From the NCBI GenBank assembly GCA_032718475.1, contig JAUCBJ010009006.1, positions 8,915 through 72,914 on the forward strand: 64,000 nt of DNA. Reading direction: 5' to 3'. How positions within the stretch are numbered: the first letter of the stretch is position 1; every line of letters starts with the position of its first letter. The translations under genes and the position numbers were made by a program. The stretch is from Nemertoderma westbladi (taxonomy: Eukaryota; Animalia; Xenacoelomorpha). This document shows positions 41,893-51,484 of the stretch, piece after piece. The notes beneath the pieces were generated by a model. The model did no database searches, was not told the origin of the DNA, and saw only the letters and a list, made by a program, of their open reading frames with translations.

Positions 41893-42155
41893 TTTATTCC
41901 AGAGCATGTCTGGGGACTGAGGATCCTGAATTCTATAAAATTGTCTTTTAAGAGTATCGGTAAGTGCTACGATATCTTAATTGACTAGAAATTTTAAAGG
42001 ATCTAAATTTTACAGATTTTAATAAATATTAAATTAATATTTAAGATGGGCACCGATTTATTCCAGAACTTGTCCGGGGACGTTAACCACTGATTCTAGA
42101 ATTTGTCTTTCAAGTATATCGGTGGGTGCCGCGATATCTTAATCGACTAGAATTA
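41893..42155. repeat. Diverged two-copy direct repeat (period ~164) in the BEL-B 3' non-coding region
   Basis: TTTATTCCAGA...GGGGAC...TTGTCTTT...TATCGGT...CGATATCTTAAT.GACTAGAA at 41893 and 42057. Confidence 0.75.
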
Positions 42156-42693
42156 CAGATGGTCAAAAGGTTTAACAGATTTATTTGCGTTTTACGCTAC
42201 TGTTATAGGGACATCACGCTACTATATGTATTATTTAATATACGGTATGAGAGCAATATCGCACGAAGCAATGTCAGTGTGAAGAGGCAAGTCGTTTCCA
42301 AGGTCTACCCAGAGCTTGGTTTAGCCGAGACACGAGGATCTGAACTTTGCATTCCTAATACTCTGCCTACCAATAATACTTAAGTATAGTAGGAGCTTTA
42401 TTGTACTTTAATAAGTACGGACATTTCATCTTACTGTAGTCACGTATTTATAATATGATACGGACAGTAAGGAAAGAGAAAAAATAATTATTTCTCGCCG
42501 TCGCACTAAATATATATTATAAATAATTACGTACGTAATAAACACTAATATATTGCACTAACTCCCTAAAATAACATTCTACTAAATAAAATTAAAGAAA
42601 ACGATTATAATAAAATTACATAATAATACATACATAAATATAAAATAAAAACAAATATAAAATGATATAGTCACACGCCCACTCCATATGTTA

Positions 42694-45600
42694 TTACGTT
42701 ATGGAGTCCCTAGATATTTGTCGGATTAGGGAAGTGGTCGTAGGAAGAGTATCTTGCCTTCCATAGTTTCCGGACAGTTTTCGGTCTCTTTCCAGTAAAC
42801 ATAAACGACTAGCTGGGCGATTGAGTTGTTGTGTTACTTTCTCCGCTCCCTTGGCCTGTCTAATTTCTGCCGTGGTAAGATGAGGAGGCCATTCTTCTTC
42901 TTCTTTACTTATGGAGTCGGATCCACCTAACCAGCCTGGAGTATCTATCAGTTCTTGAGGAGTTGCTCCTCTGGAAGCGATGTCGGCTGGATTAATCGTC
43001 CCAAGGCAATGTCTCCATTGATCTACATTGGAGTTAATATCGTCATTATCTGAGGAGTATGGTGTTCCCTCAGTTGGATCGTCCACATCACTGCTCTCCA
43101 CTTCCCATTCCTTTACTTGGTATACCTGTTGTTGAGGTAATCTCTCTTTGAGAGTTCTACGGGAAGGGCCAGTGAAGTACCAACCTACTCTAGTTCTTAC
43201 CGCATAGGTTTGTAGTGGCTGCGGTTGAGCAGGCCGTTTCTCCAATGTCTCGAGCGCCTCATGCGCGTTTTGGCCGATGAGTATTTGCACTCCAGGATAA
43301 TCTGTCTGGAATCGAGGTATCTTAAGATGTTGGATGCTCTCATCCTCGTCCCAATTATAAAGGTCTGCTTGGGTAGTAGCGAAGTTCTTTATAGCCACCA
43401 TTTTTACCGACCTTATACCTTGTGCTCCTAATTTATCCTGGGGGGTGGACAACACACCTACATAGTAGTCTGCCATTAGGGTAGATTTCCAAACCTGCAT
43501 AATTCCTGACATATTCAATTTAGTCCGGAACTTGGGTTGTCCAGCAAAGATATCTTCGGCTAGTTCTTGATCGATGAATGTTCCTGTGCTGCCGGAGTCA
43601 AGGAGGGCGTTCACTATGTAACTTTTGTTAAGACCGTGAACTCTTACCTGCACTACAGGAAATTCTCTGATTCCTACGTTGGAAGTTGGAGCTTTCCAAG
43701 ATGGTTGTTTGTCAAAGGTAGTTGGGGGGAACCCATTGTCGGTGTCCTTTTCGTAAGTAAGTGCTCGATACACTGAGGTATTTATTAGGTAACAGGATTC
43801 GTTGGCGTCGGAGAATTCGTCAGTATAGAATCCTTCCATCTCAGATTCTTGATCAGTGTCATTTACATCACTGAACTGGACATGTAGTTCGGGCTCACTT
43901 ACCTGACTCGGGTTGTTTCGTTCGAACTCACTGTGTAACAAGATGTGATGTTTCGCGCCACACTTTGCACACTTTACGTCGGAGTAACAGGTTCGCCGTT
44001 GGTGTCCTGATCTGAGGCAATTATAGCATAACCGCTTATTCCACAGGACTGTACGTCTGTCTACAAGGGATTTCTTTAGAAATTCAGCACACGCGCTCAA
44101 ACGGTGGGGCCCGTCGCACAGCGCACATTTTGGTTTGATATTACTCACTTTACCTTGGGTAACGTTATGCACTCTCGTTCTTTCTTCGGGCTTTCTTCCG
44201 TGAATTCTCTTAGGAGACGTAGGAGGAGTTGTTGTTACCTGTTCTCTCCTGTCACTGGTTCGAGACTTGTATTTACTTACCGTTATTTACTTACTATTAT
44301 CTTTATAGGTCTTGTTGTCATAGTAAGATTTTGCTGTGTCTTTCCCGCTGTCCTCTTCTTGAGAAGCTTTGCTTTCGCCGTCGTCAGTATAACACACTGG
44401 TATTATCCTTCTCCTAGAAACGGGTTTCTCACTTACCTTATTTTCCGATGTTTTCTCTCTGGACTGCTTTATGAGTTGTAATTTTACTTCACTATCTAAG
44501 AAGGACATGAGGTCAGCCATGGTAGGGCTTCGTCGTTGTTGTTCATTCATGTACAACACTTTCTTGTCCCAGCGTGTACATACTCCACCCTTTGGTAAAG
44601 TAGAGACTACGGCTCCAATAACCATGGAACTCTGATATTCATGCGACTTACCTAACCAGTCCAATTGTCTACAGATCTCTTGAATCTCATCGGAAAACTC
44701 TATAATCCCGCTACTAAGGAAGTGTCGGGGGGCTACTAATTTTGCATACAAATACTTAGCTATGTTATCCTTGTTACCATACCTGATGTTTAATGTATCC
44801 CAAACTTGTCTTAATCCTTCTGGATGTCCAATAAACTTTAACGCCATTAACTTGGGAGGTCCTTCCAAGCACTTGATGAGGAACCTAAGTTTCTCTCCAT
44901 TAGATAGTACAGAGTTCTGTATGCTGTTTTTGTAGTATTCATTGAAGGGTAACCATTTCATCTCATCTCCATTGAATTTGACGATCTCTCCCACTTTGAC
45001 CGCTTGGCGGGCTTCTGTTCTAGCCATCTGACGCGTAAAGCTTTCTTGGGCCATCGTGTTATTTAATATCGAATTATCGGTATATAAATTTCTCGGATCA
45101 TTATCAGGTCTATGGGGAATATCATTAACAACAGGTTTATAATCACCCTTAATAGGGTTTGCTATAGGAGTTTCTACTTCACTAGCAGTATAGATGCGTG
45201 TAGGCTCCACACCTTGCGCATGTAATACTTCAGACCTAACAGGTTGACACAATGTTACAGGGGGTATTGGTATCGCTTTTTGTATATTGACTAATTTGTC
45301 GCGTTCTAGAGCGATACTTTGCTGCACTTCTTGCAATTCGGCCCTACTTTCCCTTAATGTTCCCTTGAGTTGGTGGACAGTCTCCTGCATCTGTCCGAGC
45401 AGGAGATTCATCCCCCGCCGTCCCTCCTCTACCCACTCGACCGCCGAAGCGGGAGTCGCCAACATTGTAGCGGGCTGACGTGGGACGACGGGAGACAAAT
45501 CTTTGATTTCTCTCTCTGCTATCAGGACAGGGATATTCTCATGGACTGTTCTACCGGGTACAGGCAGTGTAGTACTATGTAAAGGGAATTTAGAGTTAAG

Positions 45601-46905
45601 CTCTGGAAGTACAGGGGTCTCTAACACAGAAGTGACTTTGGGAACGACAGGCCTAATTATTTCAGGCTCATCAACTATTGTAGGGAGTCTTTTGACCTGA
45701 ATAGTTTGGTCTGTGGGTTCCGTACGACCTAAGTCTGTGCTAGCTAGCTGTCTTCTAACAGCTGGGGGCAAATCAGGCAATTTGTGACGGTGAGATGTTT
45801 TTCTACGCCTGCTTAGACGAGATCTATTTCCTCCGCCTTCAGGATCGGTGGTTTCGCTTTCCTCCGATGATGTGTATCCCTGGCGTTTGGGAGTAGATCA
45901 TCTCATCATCTGCATTTGACTAGCAGTTAACTGTTTATTTATGTTGTCTTGCGTCTCTTGCAGATTTTCCAACTCCAGTTGGGTAGTCTGCTCAGACGCT
46001 CTCCGTTCTGCTTCTGCCACTGCCCTTTCCGCCTTTGCTTCTGCCGCCGCTGCCTTTCTTTCTACTTCTGCTTCTGCCGCCGCTGCCTTTCTTTCCGCTT
46101 CTGCTTCTGCCGCCGCTGCCTTTCTTTCCGCTTCTGCTTCTGCCGCCGCTGCCTTTCTTTCCGCTTCTGCTTCTGCCATGGCCGCCGCCCTTTGTTCCTC
46201 TATCCATCTTTTCTTTACTAGTTCTTCTTGGACTCTAGTGAGGCGGAGTTTTTCATCAAACTCAGCTTGGTTAGCAGCTAACATTTCCGCATCGATTGCG
46301 TCCAACACAAGCTTGGTTCCTTCACTATTAGGGCGAAGTCCAGACAGTCGTCTCCTCAACTCTTCGTCTCCTATGAATCGCTGATAGTCTGACAGATAGA
46401 TGTCAATGGCGTCTCTAGTTCGCGGCTTCTCTGCTGCTGTTAATTCGCTTTCCACTTCGCTTTCCACCTCGCTTTCCACCTCGCTTTCCACTTGAGAAGA
46501 AGTGGCGTCGGTTGATTCTTCATAGGTTGGCCACTCATCATAAACCGTATCCGCCATCTTCGCTCCGCGTTCGGGCGTCCGCTCAACAGTATCCGAACTA
46601 CTGGAGCTATCGGGCCGCTGAGAACTAGGTTCTTGGCTAGGAGGTTGCTGCTGTTTTATAGCTTCTTCTTGATCCCGCTTGACTTGGGCCCGAGTGCCTA
46701 TGGCAGACCAACGGCGCTTCACTAACTTCGCAAATTGCGAAATCGCTTCTACCAACCTAGGTTCTGACACAACCACTGCAGGGGTTGCCCTTCTTACAGT
46801 ATGAGGGGTTTCAGACCTCGGTCTGGGATTCTCTATACTTTGATCTGAGAAACAGGCTGTTGTTTCTAGGAGACTATCTGACAGAGTTTGCCTTGTGTCA
46901 GCCAT
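42694..46905 (-). pseudogene. gag: BEL-B gag-protease polyprotein; RT, most of RNase H and integrase deleted; two in-frame stops (45898-45900 TGA, 44287-44289 TAA)
   Basis: The three ORFs share one frame with open linkers. Gag core KFNGDEMKW..F; knuckles CALCDGPHRLSAC, CYNCLRSGHQRRTC, CAKCGAKHHILLH; protease LLDSGSTGTFI; then only NPADIASRG and RLCLLE remnants. Clearly homologous to BEL-A. Confidence 0.92.
46020..46180 (-). repeat. 33-bp coding tandem repeat (AEAEAERKAAA, ~4-5 copies)
   Basis: Direct reading of DNA and translation. Confidence 0.9.
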
Positions 46906-47038
46906 GTTTGATTGTACAGTTGAATGCCTACTGCTATATTACAGTTAAAGCAAGTCTAGTAATTCAGTATCACTGTTAGCCTCACAATTAATTACCGATA
47001 CTGCTACTCAGTGTAGCGTGATATATATAATATATTAG

Positions 47039-47290
47039 AATACCAGTATGCTTATAGTAGATATATAAGTATTATTACAGACTAGATTTGTCACAGAATA
47101 CAGGTATATAATTTTGGCACAAATATATATAAATATATAATAGGCCTATCGTGAATACCAGTATGCAGCTTACACTTATAGTATATAAGTATAATTCTGG
47201 ACTAGAATTAATTACAGAGTACCGGTATGATTTCAGCCTAAATTTATCGAATAAATATAATAAGCCTATTGTAAATACTGGTATGTCAAT
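47039..47290. repeat. Diverged ~115-120-bp tandem repeat in the BEL-B 5' UTR
   Basis: AATAC(C/T)(A/G)GTATG at 47039, 47154, 47274 with colinear shared blocks. Confidence 0.7.
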
Positions 47291-48259
47291 TATTTTAGAA
47301 TAATTGAATTTCTGAATATTTTAGGGTTACTTGGTTACTTTAACTTACTTTATTACCGTTATTTAAGCAGTAGTCCAACTGATATTGAGACCTAGTTGTT
47401 GTATGGCAGGCCTACTATTTATAAATCGTTTGAGTTGATTTATAATCTATATATACCCGTTTAAAAGGGTTTTGTCAATATTTGCAATAAATGTTATTAT
47501 TTCTGGGGTTCACTACACAGAAGCTGTGCGCTCTCAGTGAAGTGCTATTTATTGGACACTAAAACAGATAATTCTAATTTACCTAAGTTACTTAATACTA
47601 CAAATTACTTACGATATGGGTGAGATTAATTCTCTAATTAAAACACAACAAAAAATATTACGTACGAAATTTTTAGGGTAATTTTACAGGGACACTACAA
47701 ACCAGCCTAACAAAGGGTTAGATTTCTGGTTATTACAACGGACAGGGTACTACGGTATTTGAAAATAATAAGTAGTAGTAAATATATTGCACTGTCCAGA
47801 TAGGAAAATACCACCGCCTGACGACCTATAGCCGTATCGCTATAGGTACTACGTTATGTATCACGGAGTGTTCCTACCTAGAAGTTAATTACCACGGACT
47901 ACCAGATCCAGCGTGCCTATTAACCACTTTACAACACAAATATACTGCCTACACACTAATTACTTTCGGAAAGCACTGTACACTAAACCCTAAATTAGGT
48001 ACAAGTACTGGTACAACAAATAATCAGTAGTTAAATATACTTGAACAGTTAAAAGAACCACGGCATCTGCTGGAGTGACCGAAGCACAAAGTCACCAGTC
48101 TTTTCCTACGCCAAGCAGCCCGTGTAGTACCGGGGTTAATTTAACTATAACGGTATGTATAACAAGCACAATTACTGTAGGAATAAACTTGGGGACATGA
48201 ATGTTGCGAATAATCGCATAAACTCTGAATAATAAATATTACGCTACCCGTACAGAATA

Positions 48260-48800
48260 CTCAAACAAATACAAACCAAAACGCTGGCAGACTACCACCA
48301 AGCCTAAATAAACTACCGTACGTGTAGATTCTGAAATGGTTAGTTAGTATGCGTTCTAACACGGTAGTACGACTTATTCTTTAAGAGGGGATTGACCTTA
48401 CAGCTATGGCTGCCCCAACTTACTAATGGCACTTTATCAGACAAACTCTACACACGCAGCAATCTCTTCAGACCTAATAATAGCTAGACAACAATCCAGC
48501 CTACAAAATATCTGAGTAATAACTATTACGGTACCTGAACAGACCACACAAACAAACACAGGCCAAAAAGCTGGCAGACTACTATCAAGCCTAAATAAAC
48601 TACAGTATATGCAGATTCCAAAACGGTTAGTTAGTATGCGTTCTAACACGGTAGTACGACTTATTCTTTAAGAGGGGGTTGACCTTACAACTTAAAATGC
48701 CCCAACTTACTAACTGGCACTTTATTGGACAGACTCTACACACGCCGCAATCTCTCCAGACTCAACAAAAATCAGACAGCAATCCAGCCTACAATTATCT
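48260..48800. repeat. Two-copy ~287-bp direct repeat in the BEL-B 5' UTR
   Basis: GCTGGCAGACTA at 48283 and 48570; shared block GGTTAGTTAGTATGCGTTCTAACACGGTAGTACGACTTATTCTTTAAGAGGGG. Confidence 0.85.
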
Positions 48801-48973
48801 GAACAATCTGAGCAGACTTACACGTCTTCAGCTCAATATTAACTTACATGTAAATAAAACCGACAGAAATAAGTAAGCTCCAAAAGAAACAAGGGGTGTA
48901 CAGTCCCTAATCTCTTAAACAGCCTACCGGTATGCAATAATCAAAATCGAATAATACTAATGTACTTATACTG

Positions 48974-49100
48974 GAAGTACCGGTTAGGACAGTTGGGCCT
49001 ACGGACCTACAGAAGTACCGGTTCTGGCAGTTGGACCTACGGACCTACAGCAGTACCGGTTCTGGCAGTTGGGCCTACTGACCTACAGAAGTACCGGTTC
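48974..49100. repeat. 38-bp tandem repeat (~3.3 copies) next to the BEL-B 5' LTR
   Basis: GAAGTACCGGTTCTGGCAGTTGG(A/G)CCTACGGACCTACA at 48974, 49012, 49050 and 49088 (partial). Confidence 0.9.
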
Positions 49101-49167
49101 AGGTTTACCGGTCAACCGGTACTTTCAACTTTATTGCTTACTGCAATAAAGAAGCAATAACTGTTAT

Positions 49168-50418
49168 TGTACGCGCTTTTGAAGACCTTTAGCAGTTTAA
49201 CCTGCCAAAATTTATATGTCTTTTGGTTTATGTTCAGACTTTAGAAATTGACAAATATTTAATACCAATAAACACAACATTAGCCGAAGCCAGCCTAGTG
49301 CGCGTCCATTCACCCGCTGGATATTCCCGGGAGACTGGGTTCGGATGTGGCTTAAATTTTATTATTGCAGTGAAGCCTACTGTATTATTCGATTGATCGT
49401 TAATAAGTAATTTCTGACAAATATTATTCACTTTCGGGAAATATTAACAGTTCCTTTAGGACGTGGCGCTCTACCTAAGTAAACAGAGTTATGACTTATA
49501 CTACACGCAACGGTAAGGCTTATAATTCACGTATAAGGCGCATTCTTTAGGAAATGCTTTGTTATCGGTCACAATCATGCACACTACCGGTACCGCACAA
49601 TACTGCACACTAATCTGCCGACCGTCAATGAATTTGATCACACATGAAGAGAACAGCAATTGACCTATGTAGTGTCTATCAAATAGCATTAGGTTCACTA
49701 CAAACCACGATAACATAAGTCGCAATTGTTATATATAGCCTGTCTCTCTAACCTGTAGTGTATCAAGAAAATTGGGAAATTTGGGTTCTTTATAGATGTT
49801 CTCCAAATAATAATATTCAACCAACTGATAAACACAACAGTAAATAACATTAAGACGGTAGGTTAAGATAATGTAACACGCTGACAATGCAGCAAACACA
49901 ACCGATCGGGCAGATCGGGCCGAGTTGTGGGTTATATGCCGTTGGGCAGTTGGGCCGATAACAGTTATACGTTCTATAATTTAAGCCTACTAATGTTTTA
50001 CTAAAAGTCTGAAACGAGTCATTCCAAAAGCCGATGTTCTGGCGTAGGAGGAATAACAACACTGTCCTCTGTCCCTGTTGCAGGTATCTTTTACACAGAG
50101 AGGAATAGCTCTCATTGGCAGAACACCAGATTCCACAGGTTCCACGAATATCTAAATGCCGAACTATCAGGATTTTTGCATCCCTTGGCCAGCACACAAA
50201 ATGAGTCACTCCGCTCGGTTGTCCTGGTTGCATACTCTGCTGCTATAGCTCTGGTTGGCCGATAGAACATAGCAAAGAACCCCTCGTACAGCAAATCAGC
50301 CAATCAGCCGGTCGCTTGTACCATTCGAGTTAGTGAGCCTTTTAGAGTATTCCAGCGCCTGGGGGGAAACTGGATTGCAAAGCAAAAGGGCCAGTTATAT
50401 CCCACAGAAGCTTTTACA
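49168..50418 (-). repeat. 5' LTR of BEL-B
   Basis: 1251 bp; no difference from 38296-39546 found by eye. Confidence 0.97.
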
Positions 50419-51484
50419 GCCCGTATGGTGACCATCATATCTGGGGGGGGGGGCAGAGGCCAAATCTGGGGGGCATATAGCTTTCGTTTATTGTTTTGGT
50501 TCCCCCAACACGCCTCTGTAACCTGCTCCTTTACTAACTGTAACAACACGCCTCTGTAACCTGCTCCTTGTAGAGTGTTTGCGAACCGTTAAGGTGGCGT
50601 ACAACTCTGCATTCAGACATCTATTTGAGTATAGGCGCTGCGACGACGCTGACACAATATTTGTCTGCCACCGTGTTAACAACTTCAAAGCTGTCAGCCG
50701 GGTACTGGCATTCTATTTGCGTAATCGCGTCGCAATTTCCTGCAATCCAATCCTTGTACAGTAGCTTGTGCAAACTTAGGTTACTCATCTCTCACTGAAC
50801 GATGGGATGTGCTGCTTCTGTAATGCTCACCCCCCACTTCATGGCTTGCCCCCACATTATCGCGGCCTTCTCATATTTCAAATCCTTGCAAATATTATAT
50901 AATATGAATTAATTCAATGTATATCTTATTATTTTTTTTTGAATACATCACACGCTACCGGTACTCAATTTTAATATTTAATATTTTGAATTCAGTAATG
51001 GGAATTGCTATTCTTTCGGTATTGGTTGGGCAGTGCCTGAGTGTATCTTTTTTTTGTTTTTTTTTTGTATAATATTGTGCTTTCAAATTGCAAATGCGGT
51101 ACCTTGGATATCGATTTAATTTAGTATTCTATATAGTATTCAATGTATCCTTGTGCATTTAGGTATTAATTGTGCTATGCTGTTAAATTTGGTAGTAATA
51201 ATCTGTACAGTATGTTTTATGGGCTCTGTCCGATGAATAAACTTGAAATTGAAAAATTGAAATTTACTAACCTGCACCTTTAAAAGGGAATGGGAAATGG
51301 GACCTAACGCTCTTTGGGACGACTTTACCTCTTTGCTTTGTACAGAAAGGGCAGTAAAGTTCTTTGATCTTTGTTTTATACTCACCCGACGATCCTCGTA
51401 CCAATAGCGCCACTGAGTGTCTGTTTATTTTGGTAGAATATTTGATTATTTTGGGGGAAATAAGCATTTTTTTTTGGGGAATAT
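50419..51484. repeat. Spacer copy 8, right part (starts with TSD GCCCG)
   Basis: Resumes the spacer at GCCCGTATGGTGACC. Confidence 0.95.

Larger units (their letters stand above)
38296..50418 (-). mobile_element. Non-autonomous BEL/Pao LTR retrotransposon BEL-B (12,123 bp)
   Basis: Two 1251-bp direct repeats TGTA...TACA; 5-bp TSD GCCCG (38291-38295, 50419-50423), confirmed by the seven empty spacer copies; gag-protease on the minus strand; PPT-like GGGAGCGG at 39547-39554. Confidence 0.97.

Noticed and set aside
43897-44438. Three near-consensus splice donors (G|GTAAGT) on the BEL-B sense strand as a route to a spliced 3'-ORF mRNA
   Set aside because: All are in-frame Val-Ser codons and no strong acceptor precedes 41072; RNA-seq junctions would be needed.
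45941-46384. Ala/Ser-, Cys/Phe-, Pro/Leu- and Gly/Arg-rich ORFs
   Set aside because: Alternative-frame shadows of the 33-bp gag repeat.
48142-48154. TAACTATAACGGT, the first 13 nt of the I-CeuI/23S rRNA site
   Set aside because: Similarity stops there and there is no rRNA context; treated as chance.
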